A stretch of DNA of 56,513 nucleotides, counting the filler, from a bacterium (GTDB lineage: Bacteria > UBP15 > UBA6099 > JAJRTR01), in assembly GCA_024278215.1 (NCBI GenBank). It is 3 parts of 3 records of this genome, joined end to end, with 100 filler letters (N's around TTAATTAATTAA, not from the genome) between each part and the next. Parts side by side here need not be neighbours in the genome. Positions count along the whole stretch, not along the records: positions 1 to 31,562 come from JAJRTR010000021.1; positions 31,663 to 45,261 come from JAJRTR010000022.1; 1 more part is not named here. One strand, 5' to 3'. Position 1 is the first letter of the stretch. Every line of letters begins with the position of its first letter. The notes under the pieces were generated by a model. It saw nothing but the letters and a program-made list of their open reading frames with translations. It was not told the origin of the DNA and did no database searches. Made by a program: the position numbers and the translations under genes. Shown piece after piece: positions 26,221 through 34,842 of the stretch.

Positions 26221-26423
26221 AACTTACTCCGTTCATTTCCGTGCGCAACAACGGTGAAGTATTACAGGTTATAGGTGGCGTAATTTATGAAAGAGGCTAC
26301 CGGAAGAGTTTCCCTATCCAAAAACAGAGGGCTGTCCTGTTATACAGCAACTACCGCCGCATCGTGCGCCTATGCCGTTGAGCCGGCATATCGGCGTGTA
26401 GACACAAATGTGACACCGCCCAA

Positions 26424-26452
26424 AATATAACCGCTTAGACAGTAACTGTCAA
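26424..26452 (-). promoter_or_regulatory. Sigma70-type promoter for deaD giving a leader of about 200 nt
   Basis: Minus strand TTGACA, 17-bp spacer, TATATT. Confidence 0.6.
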
Positions 26453-26462
26453 ATATAAGCGG

Positions 26463-26505
26463 CAATTGCAAAATGATGTTCGTGAGAAATCCGGGCCAAT
26501 GGCTC
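26463..26505. repeat. Short A/B mosaic remnant
   Basis: caattgcaaaatgatgttcgt (A left end) overlapping gtgagaaatccggg (B right end), then caatggctc (resembles the A right tip). Confidence 0.55.
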
Positions 26506-26521
26506 CAGCGGCTTTTCTTTT

Positions 26522-27769
26522 TCAGGGCCTGAGCATTTCAATAGTTTCAATTGACGATATTCTGCTGTTTTTTACAGTTGCTATCTGGAAACCTATCGGG
26601 TGTCCTTGCGCCGGGCGGCTTGCCGCCGTGGGCACAGTAAGGATGTTCGTGTCTTTGTATTTTTCCGCGAATACAGCGTGCAGATGCCCCGTGAAAAAAT
26701 AGTCGGGCGAATACTTTTCCACCAGGCCCAGAAGTTGCAGCCGTCCGGTTTCGGAAAACGGCAGGACGGAAAACGGACCGTTCATATCCATAAAAGTATT
26801 GGTCGGGTTGTGGTGGCCGAACATTATGGCCGCTCCGCCGGCGCTCCCCGTGGTCCGCGCGAGTGTGGCGTCCAGCCATTCGAGTTGCGCCGCGCCGATC
26901 ACGCCCATATCGAGCGATTCGCCGAAACCGCCATACAGGTTTCTCTGTTTCGGTTCGCGCTCATAAGTGTTGATCCCTATGAGTGGTATGTCGCCGTATG
27001 ATGCTTCGTAGTGGAAGGGGCCGAATGTCCTGCGCCAGTATTTATATGTATCGAAATTGATTTTACTTGTGGAACCTGTCGCGTAGCCGTCGTGATTGCC
27101 CGGCACAGTGAATGTCGGGAATGTCGCCCGCGCGCTCAGAGTATCCATATACTCGGCGATTTGCTTTTTTGTTTCCGGGGGCAGAAAGCACAGGTCGCCG
27201 CAACATATACAGAATTCGATATTCCGCTCGTTCAGGATAGCTATTTCTTTCCGGAAAGTTTCCGCAACGTCGAAGCCCGGTATATCGGCAGTAATCCTGG
27301 GATCGCCGAAATGAACGTCCGAGATGATACCGAACTCGAAATCGGTTTTGTAATCTTCAACGATCTTAACAGCCATAGGCAACCGCTCGACACGTTTCTT
27401 ATTCCCCCTGGCGGCAGAGATGAAGAGGTCGTACATGCCGGGGTCCGGGTCGGATTGCGGCAGAAGCGCAGTCGGCGCACCTTCGGCGGTGCCGCCTGTT
27501 TCGAGAGATAAAGCAACCCGGCTTCCGCCGTTTGCCCCATGCAGCCAGGCAGACTCGACTTCCGTTTTTGCAGTTGCCGACATGGCGCATGGGATCGCGC
27601 CGCCCGATTTTACTATTTCAGGCGCGGTGAATGAAGGCCGTGCGATTGTCGAGGTCGATATCGTATATACCGGCCTGCCCCCGGCGATAGTAACATGCGG
27701 AAGAAAAGTATACACCGCCGCCGCTCCGGCGGCTGATCCGGCGAGTTTCAGGAAATCACGTCTGTACAT
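26522..27769 (-). CDS. Tat-exported calcineurin-like metallophosphoesterase
   Basis: MYRRDFLK twin-arginine signal; SDVH, CGDL, PGNHD, GHH, TGHLH motifs. Confidence 0.88.
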   Translation of the reverse strand: MYRRDFLKLAGSAAGAAAVYTFLPHVTIAGGRPVYTISTSTIARPSFTAPEIVKSGGAIPCAMSATAKTEVESAWLHGANGGSRVALSLETGGTAEGAPTALLPQSDPDPGMYDLFISAARGNKKRVERLPMAVKIVEDYKTDFEFGIISDVHFGDPRITADIPGFDVAETFRKEIAILNERNIEFCICCGDLCFLPPETKKQIAEYMDTLSARATFPTFTVPGNHDGYATGSTSKINFDTYKYWRRTFGPFHYEASYGDIPLIGINTYEREPKQRNLYGGFGESLDMGVIGAAQLEWLDATLARTTGSAGGAAIMFGHHNPTNTFMDMNGPFSVLPFSETGRLQLLGLVEKYSPDYFFTGHLHAVFAEKYKDTNILTVPTAASRPAQGHPIGFQIATVKNSRISSIETIEMLRP

Positions 27770-27905
27770 ATCGGCACCCTGATCGGCTTTTATTGTAAAA
27801 TATATTATATTGTAGCAGGATACATTATGCTAATATATATATGATACTACTCACACAAAATGGAAATTCACGTTATATTATAGATAGTCGAATCAGACAG
27901 GCCGG

Positions 27906-29897
27906 GTGGAAGGACTATGGGGTATGGCTTCCGGCAGCATGAAAACGAATGGCGTCCCGTCCGGCGCTCCAGTGAACGATTCCGATAAAATCCCGATCAT
28001 TTATGTCGTTGTACCGGTGTTGATTATTATCGCCGCTGTGGCAGGCACTTACTTCTATGTGATGAACAAGGGCAGAAAGCATGATTTCGCTGAACTCGAC
28101 GCTCGTGTAGATAAAATCATCGCCGAAGTGGAAGGTGGAACAGAAGATTGGAACAAACACGAAAAGGGCGCCATCGATTCGTCGACGGCCGTTATGGAAA
28201 TACACCGCCGTCATGCGGTCGCGGACCAGTTATGCTTCGAGATCGAGGAAATGAAATCCGGGGGCGTTGCCGGGGGCGGCTCGAAAGCTTTTATAATCAG
28301 AAAGAATCACGCCCGCGACCTGTGCCTTGCGGCAACAAGCTATCTGTTCTCGATGGCTTCCACTATCCACTTCAATTTCTTTCCCGGCAGGCTTACCGAA
28401 GCCAGAGAAAGCTTCGAGTTTACAAAACGATTCAAGACAGCTACTGAAGACGCGATCCGGCGCTACAGGAAGCGCGAGTACGTACCCGAGCTTTCCGCAC
28501 CGATGAAAACAGGCGACGACGCGAAATATGTGTTTGTAATATTGATCGACGCGCAGCGGGCCGACCACTCCAGCGCTTATGGCTACAAAAGGGAGACCAC
28601 TCCGGCGATGTCCATGATCGCAAAGCGCGGTGTTCTCTTCAAAAACGCTTTTTCACAGTGCTCGACAACCGACACTTCCGTCGCTTCACTCTTCACCGCG
28701 CTATATCCACGCAGCCACAAGATGATGGGCGGCTCGGACTGGACGTGGGAGAATTCGCTCATCGAAGGCATCCGGCAGGCTGGTTTCACAACAGGCGCTT
28801 TCTCCGCGAATTCGCTCATATCCAGCGATTCCAACTACAATTACGGTTTCGATCATTTCGAAGAGATGCCGTGGGCCAGGGCGACTCTGCTCATGTCGGA
28901 GGCCATCCGGTGGTTCGAACGCGCCGCGACTCAATCAGACAGGATATTCTCATACATTCACCTGATCGACCCGCACGACATATATTACGCCCCGGTGCCG
29001 TTTACCGACTATTTCGACAAAGGCTATCCTGTCAGAACTACAGCCTACGGCATCCGGCGCGTCACCGACGATTACTTTGTCGGTTACGGCGACGAGGACC
29101 CGGATTGCGCCTACAATCCCATGCTGGAAAACTGGAACCGCAAAGACCTGTTCGTCAAATGTCTCCGGCACCACCCCGACTTCAAAGATGTTACATTGCG
29201 AGATATTCAGAACATGGAGGCCCGCTACGACGGCGAGATCAGGTATGCGGATTTCGAGATACAGCGATTAGTGAAATATCTCGAGACGCGCGGCATTATC
29301 CGCAACAGTATAATTGTCCTCCTTGCAGACCATGGCGAATCGTTCCTCGAACACAACCAGACAAAACACGGCAGGGTGCTGTACGACGATGAGATACACG
29401 TGCCGCTCGTCTTCTGGAGCGGGAAAGACGAATTCGGCACCGGCACACGCGACGAACTCGTCGAGGTTGTGGATGTTCTCCCCACGCTCTACTCCGCGCT
29501 GGGCATCGACATCCCAAAAGGTATTCACGGCAGGGACCTGTTCGCCGAAAAGAACAAAGAGGGTAAAAAAACGGTGTTTTCGCTCGCCTGGAACGGGTGG
29601 GACGCTGTAGAGAAGAAGCAACTCGAATTGACTGCCGCGCGTGATGAAAGATTCAAGTACATCCGCACGGTCGACCCCAAAAGCGGCACGTTTGTACGCG
29701 ACGAGTTCTATTCAATCGAGAACGATCCCGGCGAATTAAGAGACGCACGGCGCGTGTTCCCCGAGCAGTACGAACGAATGAAAGCCACGCTCGAGTGGTG
29801 GAACGAAACGACCGACCGCACACCACCACGCCCCGTCAAAACCGGCACGGACGAAAACAAAAAACAAAAGTTGAGGGACCTCGGCTACATAAAATGA
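27906..29897 (+). CDS. Membrane-anchored sulfatase-fold (AlkP superfamily) protein
   Basis: One N-terminal TM; ILIDAQRADH, SQCSTTDTSVASLFT, HLIDPH, YDGEI, LADHGE, HVPL, DVLPT, LRDLGY. Start may be 27924 or later. Confidence 0.85.
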   Translation: MEGLWGMASGSMKTNGVPSGAPVNDSDKIPIIYVVVPVLIIIAAVAGTYFYVMNKGRKHDFAELDARVDKIIAEVEGGTEDWNKHEKGAIDSSTAVMEIHRRHAVADQLCFEIEEMKSGGVAGGGSKAFIIRKNHARDLCLAATSYLFSMASTIHFNFFPGRLTEARESFEFTKRFKTATEDAIRRYRKREYVPELSAPMKTGDDAKYVFVILIDAQRADHSSAYGYKRETTPAMSMIAKRGVLFKNAFSQCSTTDTSVASLFTALYPRSHKMMGGSDWTWENSLIEGIRQAGFTTGAFSANSLISSDSNYNYGFDHFEEMPWARATLLMSEAIRWFERAATQSDRIFSYIHLIDPHDIYYAPVPFTDYFDKGYPVRTTAYGIRRVTDDYFVGYGDEDPDCAYNPMLENWNRKDLFVKCLRHHPDFKDVTLRDIQNMEARYDGEIRYADFEIQRLVKYLETRGIIRNSIIVLLADHGESFLEHNQTKHGRVLYDDEIHVPLVFWSGKDEFGTGTRDELVEVVDVLPTLYSALGIDIPKGIHGRDLFAEKNKEGKKTVFSLAWNGWDAVEKKQLELTAARDERFKYIRTVDPKSGTFVRDEFYSIENDPGELRDARRVFPEQYERMKATLEWWNETTDRTPPRPVKTGTDENKKQKLRDLGYIK

Positions 29898-30007
29898 AAG
29901 TTTCTATCGCAGAATCTACGGGGCGAAGTAATGAAGAGAAACGAAAAGGGTTCTGTTACTGCTGATTTTCAGCAATCAATGTACAACAATATTCCACGTT
30001 CACTTCT

Positions 30008-30088
30008 GCCGAATAGTTTTCCACAAGTCCACCTTCCGGCAATCCTTTGAAATTGCCGGGAAAAAGTGGGCACTGTGGTAAACTCGGC
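30008..30088. other. Long imperfect hairpin between convergent genes
   Basis: Nested pairings gccga/tcggc, gttt/aaac, ccaca/tgtgg, gtccac/gtgggc, ccggcaat/attgccgg around an 8-nt loop. Confidence 0.55.
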
Positions 30089-30144
30089 TCGAAACAAAAC
30101 CCATAGATTCTGCGATAGAGTCGAATAAAACAGTTCGCCGGTAG

Positions 30145-30166
30145 CCCGCATATTTAACCGGTGCGG
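30145..30166 (+). repeat. Degenerate family-B end
   Basis: cccgcatatttaaccggtgcgg. Confidence 0.55.
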
Positions 30167-30180
30167 TGGGTCAAGGTGCT

Positions 30181-31562
30181 TCAGAACTGAAAATAGATGA
30201 AAGGCTGATTGCTGTCGAAGAAAGCGAAGGCGGCGACGGCCATAGCGGCGTAGATGGCGGCGGTGAGGAGCCATTGCCCGCGTGGGAGCCGCAGCCGCGC
30301 CTCACGGATGAAGAAAACAGCGAAGAATCCGACGGTGAGCAGGAATGTGCCGAGGTAATAGGTTTCGGTGTAGCCGAGCACGGGCAGCGACGAAAAATCG
30401 AGCAGTTTCGCCAGCATCCGGAATGCTTGTTCGAGCGATGTAGCGCGAAAAAATATCCAGCCGGGCATGATGAACAATATCGTCGGTATTATACCCAGGT
30501 AACGGGTATACCACGGACGCTCGGTGTTTTTCGGATGCACGATCCGGGCATAAAAACGGTATAACTGTACGACCACCGCGTGCCAGAGCCCCCAGAAAAG
30601 AAATGTCCAGTTCGCACCGTGCCACAGCCCCATGATCGCCCAACTGACAAACAGCGCCTTCGTGCGGTTCCACCTGGAAAACCTGCCGGATGTGTCATCG
30701 GGAACGGTGTCGATACCGCCGTCTGATTGCGGTTTTCGCACCAGCACGTTCATGAGCGGCAGATAGAGATAATCGCGTATCCAGCTCGAAAGCGAGATGT
30801 GCCATCTTTTCCAGAAGTCGCGGGGCGTGACGGCGGCATAAGGGAAATCGAAATTCTCGACAAGTTTGTAGCCAAACAGCAACGCGCTGCCTATGGCGAT
30901 GCTGCTGTAGCCGGCGAAATCGAAGAATATCTGGTAGCCGAACGCGAACGCGAGCGTCCAGTTGTCCAGCATAGTGTTGTGGATGTAATTCAGGAACCCT
31001 TCGTCCACAAAATGCGCTATTCCGTCCGCGAGCGCAAGCTTCATGAACAGACCTTCGATGATACGCTTGCAGCCTTCTTTGATGTTTTCGATGCGCAGTT
31101 CGGTGGGCTCATTAAACTGGGGCACCATCTCCCCCGCGCGCATTATCGGACCCGCCACAAGCTGCGGCCAGAACGAAATATACAGTGCGTAGTCGAGGAA
31201 CGATTTTATCTCCTGCCCGGGGTCGCGCAGACAGTCCGCCACATAGGAAATCGCCTGGAAAACATAGAAACTGATGCCCAGCGGAAGGATAATGTTCCAG
31301 AGATCGAACCCGCCGTCCGCACCGATATGCGAAACGATGCCGTTAAACACATTTATAGAGAAATTCAGGTATTTGTACAGGAAGAGCAGCAGCAGTATCG
31401 AAACTACGGACGACCATGCGAACACCGGCGCGCGCCGCGCGCGCGAAACACGCACGCCGAGAAATGTTACGGCGATCACGAATATAAGCAGGAATCCGTA
31501 TTCCCACTTGAACCAGCAATAGAAGACCATGCTGGCGACAAGCAGGAGCATTTTGCGCGCCC
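30181..31562 (-). CDS. MBOAT family O-acyltransferase (AlgI/DltB-like), 5' end lost in the gap
   Basis: LPLGISFYVFQ, FWPQLVAGPI, QIFFDFAGYS, FWKRWHISLSSW, GLWHGA, FIYFQF; frame open into the N run. Confidence 0.93.
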
Positions 31563-31662
31563 NNNNNNNNNNNNNNNNNNNNNNNNNNNNNNNNNNNNNN
31601 NNNNNNTTAATTAATTAANNNNNNNNNNNNNNNNNNNNNNNNNNNNNNNNNNNNNNNNNNNN
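31563..31662. other. Artificial contig linker
   Basis: 100 nt: N run, TTAATTAATTAA (stops in all six frames), N run. Confidence 0.97.
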
Positions 31663-31667
31663 AATCG

Positions 31668-32345
31668 TTGCGTCTGGATAGGCTGCTGATCATATTCGCG
31701 AAGCTGCCGGAGCCGGGCAGAGTAAAAACAAGACTTGCGGCGGCTATCGGCGTCGATAACGCCTGCGAGATATACAGGTTGTTTATTGACGCAACTGTCG
31801 AAAGATCAACCGACGCCGAGGACACCGATGTGAGATTGTGCGTCACGCCCGATACGGTGGCGACGAAAGACTATTTCAAGCGGCGATATGGCGCAATGGA
31901 TATTCATTTTCAGCGCGGCCCTGATCTTGGGGCGAGGATGTTTAACGCGCTGGCCGGCGGCTTCCACGATGGATATAAGCATATTTGCATTATCGGAACC
32001 GATGTACCGCATTTACGCGTCGAAACAATAAACGAAAGTTTCAATAATCTGGGGAAAGCCGACATTGTTATTGGCCCCTGCAATGATGGCGGCTATTATC
32101 TGATAGGGCAGAGCAGGCCGGTCCCGGAGCTTTTCAGCAATATGGAATGGAGCACGGACAGGGTTCTGCGCGAGACAATCAGTCGCGCGCGCACGCTTGG
32201 CCTGAAAATAGAGGAAACAGAATACATGAGTGATATTGACAATTTTGACGACTTGCTTTCTGTAAGAGAAATTGCAGACGATGCCGGTGATGATTGTCTT
32301 GCGCGGATAAACAGGTTGACGGATGCTATAAAGGATGGTTCGTGA
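31668..32345 (+). CDS. DUF2064/TIGR04282-like GT-A fold transferase (start possibly cut by the gap)
   Basis: IIFAKLPEPGRVKTRL, QRGPDLGARM, IIGTDVP, IGPCNDGGYYLIG, MEWST, DIDNFDDL. Confidence 0.88.
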   Translation: MRLDRLLIIFAKLPEPGRVKTRLAAAIGVDNACEIYRLFIDATVERSTDAEDTDVRLCVTPDTVATKDYFKRRYGAMDIHFQRGPDLGARMFNALAGGFHDGYKHICIIGTDVPHLRVETINESFNNLGKADIVIGPCNDGGYYLIGQSRPVPELFSNMEWSTDRVLRETISRARTLGLKIEETEYMSDIDNFDDLLSVREIADDAGDDCLARINRLTDAIKDGS

Positions 32346-33342
32346 TGTTATGCGAAATGAAATCGGATCACTATACTGGGTGATAACACATTTGTGCGAC
32401 AGTACTTGTTCGCACTGCTATATGAGTTGCGGACCCGGCGGGCAGTCATTGACAGAGGATGAAGCAGCGGCAATAATAGACAACCTGCCGCGTCGCATCA
32501 ATCAAAACATAATATTGAGCGGCGGCGAAGTGCTTCATCCCGGCATCCGGACTCTGTTGTATTTTATTACAGAAGAACTGTTGAGAAAATATGGAAAAAG
32601 GCATATCGCCATACAAACCAACGGCGAGTTTTTGGATGAAGCAGTAATAGATGAATGTCTGGAAGCCGGGATCACACACATTTCAATAGCATCAATTGAT
32701 AAACACCATAAGAACAGACATGGATCACTCGAGGAGAAAGAGCGATATTTTCGAGAAATTTTGAAGGGCAAAGGATTGAAGGAACTGCCGTCGGTCAGCG
32801 AACTTACACCTGAAAATGTCGAAAAGAACGCGCGGCTCGGAAACATAATAAAAATGGTTGCGCCGCATTTTTACAGGCAGCCGAATTTTTCTATCTGGGG
32901 CGCCAATGAAGACATCTGGCTGGGCGGCAACTGGGCAAGGGGGCGTGCCCTGAAAAACGGAAACGTATTGATGGATCCGGCCCATAATTTCTGCCGGTTA
33001 TGGTCAGGCGGTTTGAATTTTCTGAAATCCGGTTCGCCGCGACAGGAGGTCGTGATTCAGTTGTCATATCTTTATCCCTGCTGTCCATCCACAAGGGTGT
33101 TTATTGCGGATGTGAGATATGAGACATTGATAGCCGGGCTCGAAAAGGCAGCCGCTGAACCGATATTCAGGGCGATAAACAGGGGCAGGCCCTACAACGG
33201 TGCCAAACAGTTCAACATGCAGCCCGCTCAGGCGAGGAAACGGTTGAAAGAAGTAAAAAACATCTGCATATTATGTGATGAGTTGCTTATGAAACTGGAT
33301 GAAGATAAATTTCCACGATCACCTTTCAAAATTTATTTATAG
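32335..33342 (+). CDS. Radical SAM protein with C-terminal Cys residues
   Basis: CDSTCSHC, LSGGEV, IQTNG; later FCRLW, YPCC, CILC; overlaps the upstream stop. Confidence 0.85.
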   Translation: MVRDVMRNEIGSLYWVITHLCDSTCSHCYMSCGPGGQSLTEDEAAAIIDNLPRRINQNIILSGGEVLHPGIRTLLYFITEELLRKYGKRHIAIQTNGEFLDEAVIDECLEAGITHISIASIDKHHKNRHGSLEEKERYFREILKGKGLKELPSVSELTPENVEKNARLGNIIKMVAPHFYRQPNFSIWGANEDIWLGGNWARGRALKNGNVLMDPAHNFCRLWSGGLNFLKSGSPRQEVVIQLSYLYPCCPSTRVFIADVRYETLIAGLEKAAAEPIFRAINRGRPYNGAKQFNMQPAQARKRLKEVKNICILCDELLMKLDEDKFPRSPFKIYL

Positions 33343-33347
33343 GAAAA

Positions 33348-33464
33348 CCACCGATGAAATCGGTGGATGTAACGAGCTGGAGGCTCGACATCCTTAAACA
33401 ACCAACAAAGTTGGTCGTTTAACGGTTAAACCTACTTTATCAAAGCCACCGACAAGGTCGGTGG
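33348..33464. mobile_element. Palindrome-bounded element resembling IS200/IS605-derived ends
   Basis: Related hairpins ccaccgatgaaatcggtgg (33348-33366) and ccaccgacaaggtcggtgg (33446-33464), with accaacaaagttggt between; no transposase. Confidence 0.55.
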
Positions 33465-33559
33465 TCGTTTACTCGAATTGAACTTTTTTGTTTTCATCCC
33501 ATTCCATCCTCATACATTCATGTTGGATATGATACCAATCCGTTATCAAACATACAGTA

Positions 33560-33615
33560 GAGCCAATTGCAAAATTATATTCGTAGCGAGGTCGAGCAAA
33601 ATTGTTCAGAGCAAG
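33560..33615 (+). repeat. Family-A left-end fragment
   Basis: gagccaattgcaaaattatattcgtagcgaggtcgagcaaaattgttcagagcaag. Confidence 0.8.
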
Positions 33616-33633
33616 AGGGGGTTCGTTCAGACA

Positions 33634-34842
33634 CTATACACTTCTGTTGACAATTATTTCGAGATCGGTCACCGGATATGACGCGCAGGGGTGGAAGTGG
33701 TTGAACTTCACCCCGGCCATTCTGCGGCCATCGTTTTCGGGACTGACGAATATTTCACCGTCCAGCAGCAACGAGTCGCAAAAACCGCATTCGCCCGATC
33801 TGCATTTCGATTGCGGTGCCAGCCCGGCCCGTTCCATCGCAACGAGAACCGTTTCGGTGGCTTTCGCCTGAATCTCCTCGACTTCGCTGCCGATATGCAC
33901 TTTGATGTTGAACTTTTTTCTCTTCAGCCCCCTGGGGAATTCATCGAACGCTGTTATGTCGTCTATTTCGCCGAACACTTCGCGCCTGATGCGTTTTTGG
34001 GGAATCTTGAATTCCGCAAGTTCATTTTCAAGGAACCGGTACATTGCGGGCGGACCGCAGATAAACAGTGTTTTTCCTTTCACGCCGCCTCCCTGTTTTT
34101 TGATGACATCTTTCGTTATAAAACCGGACGGTCCTTTCCATGAGCCGTCGGGTTCGCTGCAAACGTAAGTCACCTTGAGTTTCTTTCCCATCTTCCGCTT
34201 ATATTTCGCCAGCTCCTTTTTGAAAATCACTTCATCCGGCGTTCGGATGCCGAAAAGCAACGTAATACTCAGATCGAGATCATTATCTATCGCGTCTTTG
34301 ATCATCGACCTGAATGGGGTGAACCCGCAGCCGCCCGCGATGCCGAGAATGTGGTTTGTGTCGCGCAGGGGTTCGTGATAGAAAAACCCGGCAGGGCCGG
34401 AGGATGTGATTTTCGAGCCGGGCTTCCAGTTTTTCCAGATATGTTTTGTGAGAAAACCTTTAGGAATTTTCCGCACGGTTATTTCCATGAAGCCGTCTTC
34501 GAGCGCCTCGCGCGGCGACGAGGATATAGAGTAGGGGCGCGTGACGACAACACCCTGGACTTCCTCCCTGAACGCGAGGTACTGCCCCGCTCTGAACACG
34601 GGCAACGCGGTTGTGCCGGAATCCGGGGCGGCAACCAGCTTGAAAGTGCGTATCGTCGGTGTTTCGTCCCTGACTTCGGCGATCTCGAAATATATTTTTT
34701 GAGGATGCAGGCTGCGCGCGAGTTCATTGATCGGATCGTCGCCGATCGGACCCGGCGAAGCTCTTTCGATGCGCCGCTTTCTTTCGGGAAGCAATTCGAT
34801 AAGTCCGGCAATATCTCCGAGAAAATTGTTTTTCTTTTTCAT
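33634..34842 (-). CDS. FAD/NAD(P)H oxidoreductase with C-terminal 2Fe-2S ferredoxin (PaaE/Hcr-like)
   Basis: FRAGQY, RPYSISS, AGGCGFTP, ICGPP, CRSGECGFC...HPC. Confidence 0.9.
   Translation of the reverse strand: MKKKNNFLGDIAGLIELLPERKRRIERASPGPIGDDPINELARSLHPQKIYFEIAEVRDETPTIRTFKLVAAPDSGTTALPVFRAGQYLAFREEVQGVVVTRPYSISSSPREALEDGFMEITVRKIPKGFLTKHIWKNWKPGSKITSSGPAGFFYHEPLRDTNHILGIAGGCGFTPFRSMIKDAIDNDLDLSITLLFGIRTPDEVIFKKELAKYKRKMGKKLKVTYVCSEPDGSWKGPSGFITKDVIKKQGGGVKGKTLFICGPPAMYRFLENELAEFKIPQKRIRREVFGEIDDITAFDEFPRGLKRKKFNIKVHIGSEVEEIQAKATETVLVAMERAGLAPQSKCRSGECGFCDSLLLDGEIFVSPENDGRRMAGVKFNHFHPCASYPVTDLEIIVNRSV

Noticed and set aside
31563-31662. TTAATTAATTAA as a biological motif, or operons spanning the N runs (also 45262-45361)
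   Set aside because: Identical 100-nt artificial linkers joining contigs.
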